DNA from: an uncultured Alphaproteobacteria bacterium
Lineage (GTDB): Bacteria; Pseudomonadota; Alphaproteobacteria; HIMB59; GCA-002718135
Direction of reading: 5' to 3'
DNA: 64,000 bases
NCBI GenBank assembly: GCA_902607435.1
Contig: CACLJX010000004.1
Location: 23,794-87,793, forward strand
The notes beneath the pieces were generated by a model. That model was not told the origin of the DNA and made no database searches. It saw nothing but the letters and a program-made list of their open reading frames with translations. The translations under genes and the position numbers were made by a program. The number at the start of each line of letters is the position of its first letter. The stretch's first letter is position 1. Below are positions 42,438 to 52,931 of the stretch, piece after piece.

Positions 42438-43127
42438 ATGAATTTAAATCAAAAAAAAGAAAAAAACCTAAAGACAAATATATTAAATAAGCAACAAAGA
42501 CATTGGGAACATAAGTTTTCAAAGCGATCAGAAATGTTTGGTACTTCTCCAAGTTTGGCTGCTCAACAAGCTGTTAAAATTTTCAAAAAAAAAAAGTTTA
42601 CTAATATACTTGAACTAGGTGCAGGTCAGGGAAGAGATACTATTTTTTTTGCGCAAAATGGATTTAATCTTCAGGTTTTAGATTATTCTAAATCAGGCCT
42701 TAATAGCATAATTAAGAAAGCAAAAACATTGAATTTATCAGACCAAATATCTGTAAAATATCATGATATTAGAAAATCAATTCCTTTTAAGGATGCAACA
42801 TTTGATTGTTGTTTTTCTCACATGCTTTATTGCATGGCTTTTACTGCAAAAGAACTTGATTTATTATCTAATAATATAAACAAGGTTTTAAAGTTTGGCG
42901 GTTTAAATATTTATACTGTTAGACACACGGGAGATGCTGATTATGGAAAAGGGATTCATCGAGGAGAAAATCTTTATGAAACTGGAGGATTTATTGTACA
43001 TTTTTTTTCTCTTGAAAAAATTAAACAATATTCAGCTGGTTATAAAGTTATTAATATTGAGAAATTTGAGGAAGGACCCTTCCCAAGAAAACTCTTTCAA
43101 GTCACCTTGAAAAAAATATTTAAATAA
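42438..43127 (+). CDS. Class I SAM-dependent methyltransferase
   Basis: LELGAGQGRD motif I; substrate unknown. Confidence 0.85.
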   Translation: MNLNQKKEKNLKTNILNKQQRHWEHKFSKRSEMFGTSPSLAAQQAVKIFKKKKFTNILELGAGQGRDTIFFAQNGFNLQVLDYSKSGLNSIIKKAKTLNLSDQISVKYHDIRKSIPFKDATFDCCFSHMLYCMAFTAKELDLLSNNINKVLKFGGLNIYTVRHTGDADYGKGIHRGENLYETGGFIVHFFSLEKIKQYSAGYKVINIEKFEEGPFPRKLFQVTLKKIFK

Positions 43128-43535
43128 TTAATTCTTACTAGGTGACCAGTTCTTTGGTGCTAATTCAAAATCTTTATAATTAAATGCCGGTGCTACAGTG
43201 CACCCTATTAGAGACCACTCCCCCATTGATTTCATGCTAAACCACACTTCAGAATCAACAACATAGTGCAATAGGTGACCTTTTTTAATATTTCTTCCTA
43301 GAATAATTTCTGAAATATTGATTTCGTTGTTAGACATTGAAACGATTAAAGGATCCCCATCATAAAAATGAAGGATTTCATTTTTTTTTAATTTGTGCCA
43401 ATGAGATTTTTCTTCTTTTGTTAAAAGATAGTAAATTACACTAACGTTATTATCTCTATAGGATTCTTTATAATGACCACCTTCAGGATGTGGAATCATT
43501 TCGAGTTGTTTGATTATTTCATTGCTAGCATTCAT
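43128..43535 (-). CDS. Cupin domain protein (DUF985/Cupin_5)
   Basis: PHPEGGHYKE, IYYLL, SHWH, CTVAPAF. Confidence 0.9.
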   Translation of the reverse strand: MNASNEIIKQLEMIPHPEGGHYKESYRDNNVSVIYYLLTKEEKSHWHKLKKNEILHFYDGDPLIVSMSNNEINISEIILGRNIKKGHLLHYVVDSEVWFSMKSMGEWSLIGCTVAPAFNYKDFELAPKNWSPSKN

Positions 43536-43550
43536 TTTTTTAAAAAATCA

Positions 43551-44144
43551 TTACATTAAATGACCAAGTTTTTTTGCTTTTGTATCCAAATAATTTTTGT
43601 TGTGATCATTACTTTTGATTTTAATTGGTATTCTTTTATTTACTTTTAAACCCGATTTTTCAACAGCTTCAATTTTTTTTGGATTATTTGTCATTAAGTC
43701 TATAGTTGTTATATTTAAGTGCCTAGCCATTGCAGATACTATTTCATAGCTTCTTTCATCTTCAGCAAATCCCAATTGATGATTTGCCTCAACTGTATCT
43801 AAACCTTGATCTTGCAGTTTATACGCTCTTATTTTATTAGAAAGCCCTATACCTCTTCCTTCTTGTTGAAGATAAAAGACAACCCCACATCCATTTTTTG
43901 CTATTAGTTTTAATGATTCAGTTAATTGAAAACGACAATCACAACGTAAACTAAAGAAAGATTCACCTGTAATACACTGTGAATGTATTCTAGTTAAAAC
44001 AAAATTAGTTGATTTTATATCTCCTAAGGTGATTGCTAAATGATCTATCTCACTTTGATTTTCAGTAAATGCATGTACTTTAAAATTTTCAATTTCATTG
44101 GGTAATTCACTTACTTCGACAAATTTTATTATATCTTTTTGCAT
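43551..44144 (-). CDS. ribA: GTP cyclohydrolase II (stand-alone)
   Basis: RIHSQCITGE..SLRCDC zinc site, QEGRGIGL, DTVEAN, MTNNPKK. Confidence 0.95.
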   Translation of the reverse strand: MQKDIIKFVEVSELPNEIENFKVHAFTENQSEIDHLAITLGDIKSTNFVLTRIHSQCITGESFFSLRCDCRFQLTESLKLIAKNGCGVVFYLQQEGRGIGLSNKIRAYKLQDQGLDTVEANHQLGFAEDERSYEIVSAMARHLNITTIDLMTNNPKKIEAVEKSGLKVNKRIPIKIKSNDHNKNYLDTKAKKLGHLM

Positions 44145-44164
44145 TAATTTATTTTTAAAATGTA

Positions 44165-44644
44165 TTAAAGTTTTGTTGGGCTTGTTTCATTACCATATAT
44201 TTCTTTTGGATCAAAAACTTTCTTTTTTTCTTTAAACTCTAAAATGATTTTTGATTTATCAATTGAATTTCCAATAGGAATACTTCGGTAAAAACACGAT
44301 CTATACCCAACATGGCAACTAGCTCCACCCCTAACATTAACTCTTAACCAGATACTATCTTGATCATCATCAATCCTTATCTCTTTGATTATTTGTTTGA
44401 AGCCACTTGTTTTGCCTTTATGCCACAAAGATTTTCTACTTCGTGAATAATAAACTGCTTCTCCTAATTTTATTGTTTGAATAAAAGCTTCCTCATTCAT
44501 GTATCCCTGCATTAAAACTTCTCCTGATTTAAAATCAGTGGTTACTACAGGAATCAATCCATTGTTTTCAAACTTTGGAGCAAGTTCAGTGGATTCTTCA
44601 ACTTGCTTAACACTTTTTCTATTTTCAAAAAAATTATTTATCAT
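44165..44644 (-). CDS. hisI: Phosphoribosyl-AMP cyclohydrolase
   Basis: GLIPVV, YSRSRKSLWHKGKTSG, DDDQD, SCHVGYRSCF. Confidence 0.95.
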   Translation of the reverse strand: MINNFFENRKSVKQVEESTELAPKFENNGLIPVVTTDFKSGEVLMQGYMNEEAFIQTIKLGEAVYYSRSRKSLWHKGKTSGFKQIIKEIRIDDDQDSIWLRVNVRGGASCHVGYRSCFYRSIPIGNSIDKSKIILEFKEKKKVFDPKEIYGNETSPTKL

Positions 44645-44646
44645 AA

Positions 44647-46410
44647 TTATTTTTCACTATTTGGGGCGAGAGATTCTTTAAATAAAATTTCTAAAATTTC
44701 ATCAATTTTAAATGTTTCAGTTTGGTTATTTCCCAACCTTCTTACAGAAACAGTTTTATTTTCTGATTCTTTTTTTCCAACCACTATGATTATTGGTATT
44801 TTAGCAGTGCTATGCTCACGTATTTTATAACCAATTTTTTCATTACGAATATCTTTTTCAACACGCAATCTTTTATCTTTTAATTTGCCGAAAAGATAAC
44901 TAGCATAATTGTCTGAATCAGAGGTTATTGTTGCAATTATTATTTGCAAAGGAGATAGCCAAAAAGGTAGATGTCCAGCATAGTGTTCAATCAAAATTCC
45001 TGAAAATCTTTCTAATGAACCAAATAGAGCACGATGTAACATTACAGGTGTTTTCTTTTGGCCATCTTCTCCTATGTAAGTAGCCTTTAATCTTTTTGGA
45101 AGATTTAAATCTACTTGTAGGGTGCCACATTGCCAATCTCTGCCTATAGCATCTCGAAGAACAAATTCTAATTTAGGTCCATAAAATGCACCTTCTCCTG
45201 GGTTGTGAGTATACGCTAATCCTGTTGCTTCCATAGCGTTAATTAAAGCTTTTTCAGCTTTATCCCAAACATCATCAGTGCCGACACGTTTTATCGGACG
45301 ATCAGAATATTTAATTCTAACATTTTCAAAACCAAAGTCTTTGTAAATACTCAAAATTAGATCACATACTATTTTACTTTCACTAGTTATTTGATCTTCG
45401 GTGCAAAAAATATGAGCATCATCTTGCGTAAATGCTCTAACTCTCATTAGTCCATGCAAAGCTCCAGAGGGCTCATATCGGTGAACTTTTCCAAATTCTG
45501 CCATACGAATCGGAAGATCCTTGTAACTTTTAAGACCTTTTTTATAAACTTCTACTGCACCAGGACAGTTCATTGGTTTAATAGCAAATACACGCTCTTC
45601 TCTTGGTTCTGTAGTAAACATATTTTCACCAAATTTTTCCCAGTGTCCTGATGTTTCCCATAGAGAACGATCTAGTAGATCGGGTGTATTAGTTTCAACA
45701 TAGTCAGCATCTTCTTGGCGTTTTCGCATATAATTAATAAGTGATTGAAATAAATACCAACCTTTTGGGTGCCAAAAAACAGCACCTGGAGCTTCTTCTT
45801 GGAAATGAAAAAGATTCATTTCTTTACCAAGTTTTCGATGATCACGTTTTTCAGCTTCTTCTAATTGTATTAAATATTCTTTAAGTTCTTTTTTATTTTG
45901 CCATGCAGTTCCGTAAATACGTGTAAGCATTTTTTTACTAGAGTCCCCTCTCCAATATGCACCAGCAACCTTAGTTAATTTGAAACCTTCACCGATATCC
46001 TTTGTAGATTGACCATGAGGACCTCTACACAAATCAAGCCAATTACCCTGCTTGTATACTGTAATTTGTTCTTTTTCAGGAATATCTTTAATTAATTCTA
46101 CTTTATATAGCTCTCCTTTTTTTGAAAAATAATCAATTGCATCTTTTCGCGTCCAAACTTCTTGTGTGAAATTTTCACCCTTATTAATTATTTCATGCAT
46201 TTTTTTTTCAATGAAAGTTAAATCATCGGATGTAAATGGCTTTTCTCTTGCGAAATCATAATAAAAGCCATTTTCAATTGTAGGACCAATAGTAACTTGA
46301 GTTTCTGGAAACAGACTTTGCACAGCTTCTGCTAGTACATGAGCGCAATCATGACGAATAATTTCAAGAGCTTCTTTATTTTCAATGTTAATGGATTTTT
46401 CTTTATTCAT
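44647..46410 (-). CDS. thrS: Threonine--tRNA ligase (no N-terminal TGS domain)
   Basis: [33 protein letters not shown]; 587 aa. Confidence 0.97.
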   Translation of the reverse strand: MNKEKSINIENKEALEIIRHDCAHVLAEAVQSLFPETQVTIGPTIENGFYYDFAREKPFTSDDLTFIEKKMHEIINKGENFTQEVWTRKDAIDYFSKKGELYKVELIKDIPEKEQITVYKQGNWLDLCRGPHGQSTKDIGEGFKLTKVAGAYWRGDSSKKMLTRIYGTAWQNKKELKEYLIQLEEAEKRDHRKLGKEMNLFHFQEEAPGAVFWHPKGWYLFQSLINYMRKRQEDADYVETNTPDLLDRSLWETSGHWEKFGENMFTTEPREERVFAIKPMNCPGAVEVYKKGLKSYKDLPIRMAEFGKVHRYEPSGALHGLMRVRAFTQDDAHIFCTEDQITSESKIVCDLILSIYKDFGFENVRIKYSDRPIKRVGTDDVWDKAEKALINAMEATGLAYTHNPGEGAFYGPKLEFVLRDAIGRDWQCGTLQVDLNLPKRLKATYIGEDGQKKTPVMLHRALFGSLERFSGILIEHYAGHLPFWLSPLQIIIATITSDSDNYASYLFGKLKDKRLRVEKDIRNEKIGYKIREHSTAKIPIIIVVGKKESENKTVSVRRLGNNQTETFKIDEILEILFKESLAPNSEK

Positions 46411-46415
46411 TTAAT

Positions 46416-47813
46416 TTATTGTTCTATACTTCTCCAAACCGTACCATTTTTTGTATCCTCAATTTCAATTCCTTTATTTTTTAATTCATCACGAATTGTG
46501 TCTGCTAAAGTAAAATTTCTGTTGCGTCTAGCCTCATTGCGTTTTTTTATCAAGTTCTCTATAATTTTATTATCTAAATTTTTAGAATACCCATAGCCAA
46601 GCCATTTTTCAGGATTATCTTGAAGGATGCCAAGTAGTTTTCCAGTTGCTAAAATTTCTCCCTTAATTTTTTTCTTCTCATCTAAAGAAGCAGTTACAAT
46701 TTGATTTGTAAGCAAGTTTAGTTCTGCCAAAGCTTTTGGAGTATTTAAATCATCGCATAAAGCTTCCATAATTTTATCTGGAATATCATATACTTCAGCT
46801 TTAATTTCTATGTTTATTAATTCTTTTAATCCGCGATACAGTCTCTCTAGCATAGCATTATTTTGATTAATAGAATCAACAGTCCAATTTAGTGGTTGTC
46901 TATAATGAGCTGATAACAGTGTTAATCTTAATACTTCTCCAGAATAATTTTTAATTAAATCATGAACAAGTCTTATATTACCTATTGATTTTGACATTTT
47001 TTCACCGTCAACTATAACAAAACCATTATGAAACCAATATCTTGCAAAATTTTTTGGATCATCAATTTTTTTATGAGCCCCACATGATTGTGCAATTTCA
47101 TTTTCATGATGTGGAAATATTAAATCCATTCCACCACTATGAATATCAAAAGGCAAACCAAGTGTCTTTTCAGACATAGCTGAGCATTCCAAGTGCCAAC
47201 CTGGCCTACCAAATCCCCACGGGGAATCCCATCCTGGAAGTGGGTCAGGACTAGGTTTCCATAAAACAAAATCTGTTGGATCTTGCTTAAAAGGAGCAAC
47301 TTCAATACGACTTCCTAAAATTAGTTCTTCTCTATTTCGTCCAGATAAGCAACCATATTTTTTAAATGAAGGAACATGAAACAATACGTGCCCATTTTTT
47401 TCATAAGCATGTTTTGTTTCAATAAGTTTTTTTGTAAGTTCAATCATATCTGATATATGTTCTGTAGCACGAGGTTGTACATCAGGCAGCAAAACTCCAA
47501 GTACGGACATATCTTCATTATAAATTTTTTCAAATTTACTAGTTAGCTCTTGCAATGGTATATTAGCATTTTGCGCTGCCTCGATTATTTTATCATCAAT
47601 ATCAGTTATATTTGATACATAAGTTACTTTTGAATAAAGTTGACGAAGCACTCGCACAAGCAAATCATTAACTACAGCCATGCGGGCGTTACCAATGTGA
47701 GCATAGCTATACACCGTAGGGCCACACGCGTAAATGCGAATATGAGAATTATCAACTGGAATAAATTCCTCTTTGGAATTTCCCAATGTATTTTGAATTT
47801 TTAACGTTGCCAT
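46416..47813 (-). CDS. cysS: Cysteine--tRNA ligase
   Basis: CGPTVY, HIGNAR, GRPGWHLECSAM, KMSKS. Confidence 0.98.
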   Translation of the reverse strand: MATLKIQNTLGNSKEEFIPVDNSHIRIYACGPTVYSYAHIGNARMAVVNDLLVRVLRQLYSKVTYVSNITDIDDKIIEAAQNANIPLQELTSKFEKIYNEDMSVLGVLLPDVQPRATEHISDMIELTKKLIETKHAYEKNGHVLFHVPSFKKYGCLSGRNREELILGSRIEVAPFKQDPTDFVLWKPSPDPLPGWDSPWGFGRPGWHLECSAMSEKTLGLPFDIHSGGMDLIFPHHENEIAQSCGAHKKIDDPKNFARYWFHNGFVIVDGEKMSKSIGNIRLVHDLIKNYSGEVLRLTLLSAHYRQPLNWTVDSINQNNAMLERLYRGLKELINIEIKAEVYDIPDKIMEALCDDLNTPKALAELNLLTNQIVTASLDEKKKIKGEILATGKLLGILQDNPEKWLGYGYSKNLDNKIIENLIKKRNEARRNRNFTLADTIRDELKNKGIEIEDTKNGTVWRSIEQ

Positions 47814-47865
47814 TATAATTATTATTTACTTTACATTATCGAGGAAGGTGTTTTGAACTTTAAAT

Positions 47866-48309
47866 TTAAAAAAAAGGGTTATAAGCCCATTGTAGCAAAG
47901 CTTGTCTTTGCTTTTTGCGACAGCTAAAAAATTTTTTAGGACAATTTTTTTTAATACCACCAATATGTCTTGGTCCAAACGCTTTCCAACGACTGATTTG
48001 AATCTTGTCTATTTCTGGTATTCTTCTTCCAAGAGTATAACGGCAATACCATTGAAACCATCCTCGTGGATCTTCTTTCATAATCCAGCCCTTTTTTTCC
48101 CATTCTTTTAAGCTTAGTCCTGCACGAATTTGGAAGCAATTTATATCAACATTAAAAGTTTTGCTAAGTTTTGCTTTAGCAAACCAAGATCTGGGGTATT
48201 CATCAATAGTGTTACCTAGGTACGAGCCTCCAAAAACACCATATCTAAGCATTTGTTTTGGTGTTAATTCCGGTTTGAACAATTTATAATAATCGTTACG
48301 TAGTGGCAT
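47866..48309 (-). CDS. Conserved hypothetical protein (GWFQWYCRY family)
   Basis: Motif-rich: FKPELTPKQML..GVFGGSY, EWEKKGWI..DPRGWFQWYCRY..GRR, RQALLQWAY. Confidence 0.75.
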   Translation of the reverse strand: MPLRNDYYKLFKPELTPKQMLRYGVFGGSYLGNTIDEYPRSWFAKAKLSKTFNVDINCFQIRAGLSLKEWEKKGWIMKEDPRGWFQWYCRYTLGRRIPEIDKIQISRWKAFGPRHIGGIKKNCPKKFFSCRKKQRQALLQWAYNPFF

Positions 48310-48331
48310 TTTAAATTATATAATTTTATTA

Positions 48332-48745
48332 TTAATAATTTAACTTAATAATAACTGGCTCACCATGTACAAGCTCAATTGCTGCTTTTTCAAATTTTGG
48401 CGGTCCTTTTGGAATATAGCTATTGCTAAATGCAAATCCTTCTTTGGGTCTCCAAAAAAAACCAGTTTTTAGTTTCCTGTTATTATCTTCGTCGTGATAG
48501 ACAACCACCGCTATAATTCCTTTGTGTAATTTAGATATTGGGATGATAGTCTCACCTTTTGAAGCTTTTTTCCGAATTATTTCTGTAGCAAGTTCTTCTT
48601 TTAAAAAACTTTTTTCGTTGGTGTAAATCTTAATATCTATATAACCATTACTATGCTCAACATTAGTAATGATAATAGTACCATGACCACATACCTTAAA
48701 GGAAAATAAAATAATCAAAATATAAAATAAAATCAATTTCATCAA
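48332..48745 (-). CDS. DUF2141 domain exported protein
   Basis: Signal peptide; YHDEDNNRKL, PKEGFAFSN, GPPKF. Confidence 0.85.
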   Translation of the reverse strand: MMKLILFYILIILFSFKVCGHGTIIITNVEHSNGYIDIKIYTNEKSFLKEELATEIIRKKASKGETIIPISKLHKGIIAVVVYHDEDNNRKLKTGFFWRPKEGFAFSNSYIPKGPPKFEKAAIELVHGEPVIIKLNY

Positions 48746-48781
48746 AAATGTCTTTTCTTCTTTTCAAGCTAACTATAATAA

Positions 48782-50002
48782 TTGATTTTGTTGAATAATA
48801 AAGAATACTTAAATAGATTATTTGAATCTGACAAGCCTTTAATTATTTATAAGGCATCAATTGGCTATGATGTTTACACAGATTTTTCCGATAGCATAAA
48901 TATTACAAAATCTAATATAGATAAGTTTATAAATAAAACTCTGACTTCTACAAAAATAAGAAATAAACTTTTTGATGGTTATATAGGTTTTTTTGGATAT
49001 GAATTATGCTGCGATCTCATAGGTGTAAAAATTCCAAAACAAAAAAATAATCGTTTCCCTAAAAGCATATTTTATAAACCACAAACAATTATTAAAATAA
49101 GAAAAAATATAACTATAGAGAGTATTTTACCAAATTTTAAATATGTAAAAGATTTAATAAAAACAAATAAAAATTTCTTTTATGAAAATAAATTTAATGT
49201 AAATTTGTCTTTTAAACAATATTCAAAATTATTTAAAAAGTTTTCATTAAAAATAAGACAAGGAAAAACATATCAAATTAAACTTTGTCAAAAATATAGA
49301 AATATTTCAAACCTAGATTCAGTTAAATTTTTTTGGAGGTTAATGAAAGTTAATAGTTCACCTGAATCATTTTTAATTAAAGATAAGAATTATTCAATAA
49401 TAAGTTGTTCACCTGAAACTTTATTGGAAAAAAATAATAATAAAATTTTTACTAAACCAATAGCCGGAACTTATAAAAAAACATCCAAAACATCATTAAA
49501 TAAAGCAAAAATTTTTTTTGATAAAAATGAAAAAGAAAATAAAGAACACAACATGATAGTTGATATGGAAAGGAATGATATATCAAAAATTTGTAAGGCA
49601 GGTACTGTTAAAATTACAAAATTAAAATTTGTAGAAGAATATAAAGATTTATACCATTATGTTACCAAAATTACTGGTATATTAAAAAAATCTTCAACGA
49701 ACCTAGATATTATTAAAGCAATGATGCCCGGTGGTTCAGTAATTGGATGTCCAAAAATTAACACACTAAATCTATTAAATTCATTGGAAAAAGATAGTCG
49801 TAATATATTTACAGGTAGTTTTGGATATATAAAATCAAACGGAGATATGCATTTTAATATAATTATAAGAGCTTTGGTAAATTATCACGATATATGTGAG
49901 ATCTCAGTAGCAAGCGGTATTATACTAGATAGTACTGCCAAAAAAGAATACCAAGAAAATTATATAAAAGCTAAGTCTTTATTAGATATATTTAAAAAAT
50001 GA
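48782..50002 (+). CDS. pabB: Aminodeoxychorismate synthase component I (chorismate-binding MST enzyme)
   Basis: GFFGYE, SPE, PIAGT, EHNMIVDMERND, PGGSVIGCPK; pabB rather than trpE by operon context. Confidence 0.78.
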   Translation: MILLNNKEYLNRLFESDKPLIIYKASIGYDVYTDFSDSINITKSNIDKFINKTLTSTKIRNKLFDGYIGFFGYELCCDLIGVKIPKQKNNRFPKSIFYKPQTIIKIRKNITIESILPNFKYVKDLIKTNKNFFYENKFNVNLSFKQYSKLFKKFSLKIRQGKTYQIKLCQKYRNISNLDSVKFFWRLMKVNSSPESFLIKDKNYSIISCSPETLLEKNNNKIFTKPIAGTYKKTSKTSLNKAKIFFDKNEKENKEHNMIVDMERNDISKICKAGTVKITKLKFVEEYKDLYHYVTKITGILKKSSTNLDIIKAMMPGGSVIGCPKINTLNLLNSLEKDSRNIFTGSFGYIKSNGDMHFNIIIRALVNYHDICEISVASGIILDSTAKKEYQENYIKAKSLLDIFKK

Positions 50003-50556
50003 TTTATTTAATAGATCATCAAGATTCATTTACATACAATTTAGCCCATCTTCTTGAAAATTTTGATGATGTATTTGTATCTAATTATTTTGATATTAAT
50101 GATAATAAATTAAATCAATCATCGATGGTAGTTTTTTCTCCGGGTCCAGGCGAACCTAAGGATTATCCCAAATCTAATATTCTTTATAAAAAGTTAAAAG
50201 GTAAGAAAAAATTGTTGGGAATATGTTTAGGCTTCCAGCAAATTTTATATAATGAGAAAGGCATAATCACACAACAAAGAAAAATTTATCATGGTTTTCA
50301 ATCTAAAATAAAAGTTTTAAAAACTAGCAAATTATTCAAAGAAAACAAATGTTTTACAGTTGGCAGATATCATTCATTGAAACTAAATGAACCATATTAT
50401 TCAAAAGAAATTAAAATTACAATGCGCTGTGTAAACAGTAAAGTTGCAATGGCTATAGAAGATCATATAAATAAAATATTTGGTTTTCAATTTCATCCCG
50501 ATTCTTTTTTAACTAAAAATGGCAAAAAACTTATTCAAAAAATCATATCTGCATAA
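49999..50556 (+). CDS. pabA: Glutamine amidotransferase PabA/TrpG
   Basis: IDHQDSFTYNL, SPGPGEP, GICLGFQ, RYHSL, QFHPDS. Confidence 0.85.
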   Translation: MIYLIDHQDSFTYNLAHLLENFDDVFVSNYFDINDNKLNQSSMVVFSPGPGEPKDYPKSNILYKKLKGKKKLLGICLGFQQILYNEKGIITQQRKIYHGFQSKIKVLKTSKLFKENKCFTVGRYHSLKLNEPYYSKEIKITMRCVNSKVAMAIEDHINKIFGFQFHPDSFLTKNGKKLIQKIISA

Positions 50557-51277
50557 AAACTTAACCAAAATTCCCTTTGATAGTTTATGGAACACAAAAG
50601 GAGTATTTACAACTATTAGAGTTAAAGGTTCTCCACCTAAATATATTTTTTTAAATGAACATTTAAGCAATTTAAATAAATCTCTTAAAAAAATAAATAT
50701 TAATTTTGTTCTAAGTTATGAAAATTTTAATAAAATTATAAAAAATGAATTCAAAACAGATGTAAATTATAATCATCTTTTACGTATAGCTATAAATAAT
50801 AAAAAAATTTCTATCGATCTTCGAAAATGTTCAAAACATTATAAGTTTTTTAAAGGTATTTTAGTAAATTATAAAAGATCAAATGCTGCTATTAAAAATT
50901 TATACTATAAAAAAATATTTAAACTCTTAAGCTCTATAAACATGAATTCAAGTGAAATTATATTATTTAAAAAAAATAGCATATTAGAAGGCTGCACAAC
51001 TAATATTATTTGTGTTAAGAATAAAAAATTGTATTTACCAAAAAACAATTACTATTTTGGTATCACTCTTAAATTTATTACTCAATATACTAAAAGAAGA
51101 ATATTTAAAACGCATATTACATTAAAAAAACTTGAATCTTTTGATGAAATATTGCTAGTAGGATCGGGCAAAGGTGTTGTGGCTGTAAATCAAATTCCAC
51201 AAATAAATTGGATAAATAAATCTCAAATTGTTTATAAAGAATTACAAGATTTGTATAACTCGTATATAAATAGATAA
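50519..51277 (+). CDS. pabC: Class IV aminotransferase-like 4-amino-4-deoxychorismate lyase
   Basis: GVFTTIR, EHL, IKNLYY, EGCTTNI, GIT; operon context. Confidence 0.75.
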   Translation: MAKNLFKKSYLHKNLTKIPFDSLWNTKGVFTTIRVKGSPPKYIFLNEHLSNLNKSLKKININFVLSYENFNKIIKNEFKTDVNYNHLLRIAINNKKISIDLRKCSKHYKFFKGILVNYKRSNAAIKNLYYKKIFKLLSSINMNSSEIILFKKNSILEGCTTNIICVKNKKLYLPKNNYYFGITLKFITQYTKRRIFKTHITLKKLESFDEILLVGSGKGVVAVNQIPQINWINKSQIVYKELQDLYNSYINR

Positions 51278-51278
51278 A

Positions 51279-52100
51279 TTGAAACTTAATAAATCAAATT
51301 TTACTATTAAATATCCCGCTATAATGGGTATTTGTAATATTACTCGGGATTCATTTAGCGATGGCGGTCTTAACTATAAAAAAAATGATGCACTAAAAAA
51401 TATCAAGTTAATGTTAAAGCAAGGTGCAACAATAATTGATATTGGAGCTGAAAGCACAAGACCAGGTAGTGATCCAATTTCCTATAATAATGAAATAAAA
51501 AAAATTTCTCCAATTTTAAAAGTTTTGCCAAAAAATAAATTTATAATTTCAATTGATTCAAATAAAATTGAAACTCAAGAATTTGCGCTTAAATCTGGTG
51601 TTCATATTATTAATGATATTTTTGGAGGTAGTGAGGAATTATTTTATCTCTCTAAAAAGTATAAAAACGGGCTTATACTGATGCATACGCCAGCACCTCC
51701 AAAAATTATGCAAAAAAAAACCAAAACATATAATAATGTAGTTAAAGATATTAAAAAAGTTTTTCAAAAAAAACTTAAACTAATTGATAAAGCAAAAATT
51801 TCACATAGAAAAATTTGGTTTGACCCCGGAATTGGTTTTGGAAAAAATTTTAAACAAAATCTAGAAATTATAAATAAAATAGATCAATTTAAAATAGAAA
51901 ACTGTGGTATTTCAATAGGTTCTTCAAGGAAAAGTTGGATTCGTGAAATAGATGGCTCTGCAGTGAACAAAAGAATTGGCGGATCTCTTGCTTCAGTGTT
52001 GTATTGTATTACAAAAGGAGTCAATATATTTCGAGTTCATGATGTATATGAGACAAAACAAGCAATAACAACATATGATTATATAAGATGTTTAAAGTAG
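51279..52100 (+). CDS. folP: Dihydropteroate synthase
   Basis: MGICNITRDSFSDGG, GAESTRPG, DPGIGFGK, SRKS, RVHDV. Confidence 0.96.
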   Translation: MKLNKSNFTIKYPAIMGICNITRDSFSDGGLNYKKNDALKNIKLMLKQGATIIDIGAESTRPGSDPISYNNEIKKISPILKVLPKNKFIISIDSNKIETQEFALKSGVHIINDIFGGSEELFYLSKKYKNGLILMHTPAPPKIMQKKTKTYNNVVKDIKKVFQKKLKLIDKAKISHRKIWFDPGIGFGKNFKQNLEIINKIDQFKIENCGISIGSSRKSWIREIDGSAVNKRIGGSLASVLYCITKGVNIFRVHDVYETKQAITTYDYIRCLK

Positions 52101-52432
52101 AAATTAAAAATATCAAAATCAGAACTAAAATAGGAGTTTCAGAATCTGAACGAAAAAAAGAACAGTTATTAATTGTTAGCTTAAATTATAATTATATTTT
52201 GTCTCCAAAAACTAATATTGATAATATTAAATTTTTAAAAGATTATTCTGTAATTATTAAATATTTAAAAAATTTTATAAAAAAATCTCGTTACAAAACT
52301 TTAGAAAAATTGGTCTTAGAATGTAAAAAACAATTAAAAAAGCAATTTAAGCTTAAAAATGTTTTTTTGACTATTGAGAAGCCTTTTGTAGCTAAGAAAT
52401 ATGGATGTGAATCTTTAAGTGTATCTAAATAA
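52088..52432 (+). CDS. folB: Dihydroneopterin aldolase (FolB/FolX family)
   Basis: IGV..ER..Q, DY, TLEKL, EKP. Confidence 0.85.
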   Translation: MFKVEIKNIKIRTKIGVSESERKKEQLLIVSLNYNYILSPKTNIDNIKFLKDYSVIIKYLKNFIKKSRYKTLEKLVLECKKQLKKQFKLKNVFLTIEKPFVAKKYGCESLSVSK

Positions 52433-52931
52433 AGTTTATATTGCTCTAGGGACTAATGTTGGAAGTTGGAAAAATAATTTTAATCAATCATTTCAACAAA
52501 TTAATAAGATATGTTTGATTAAAAAATTTTCTTCATTTTATTTATCACTTCCTTATGGTTATCAAAATCAAGATTGTTTTTATAATACTGCAATAGAAAT
52601 TGAAACTAATTTACCACCTAGTAAATTATTTCGTGAACTTCAGCGTATTGAAAAAGAATTAAAAAAAAATAAACTTTTTTTAAATGGACCGAGAAGAATT
52701 GATTTAGATATTATTTTTTTTAATAAATTAGTTTTAAAATCTAATATTCTAACCATTCCGCATTATTGTTCTCATTTAAGAGATTTTGTATTATTGCCAA
52801 TAATTGAAATGAATCCTTTTTTTATTCATCCAACTCAAAAAAAAACCCTTAATGAAATACAAAAAAATTTAAAAGAAAAGTATGTTTTTAAAGTTATACG
52901 TCGACAGCAAGAATCTTTAGTAATTTATTAA
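52419..52931 (+). CDS. folK: 6-hydroxymethyl-7,8-dihydropterin pyrophosphokinase
   Basis: YIALGTNVG, FYN, GPRRIDLDII, IPH, RDFVLLP. Confidence 0.95.
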   Translation: MYLNKVYIALGTNVGSWKNNFNQSFQQINKICLIKKFSSFYLSLPYGYQNQDCFYNTAIEIETNLPPSKLFRELQRIEKELKKNKLFLNGPRRIDLDIIFFNKLVLKSNILTIPHYCSHLRDFVLLPIIEMNPFFIHPTQKKTLNEIQKNLKEKYVFKVIRRQQESLVIY

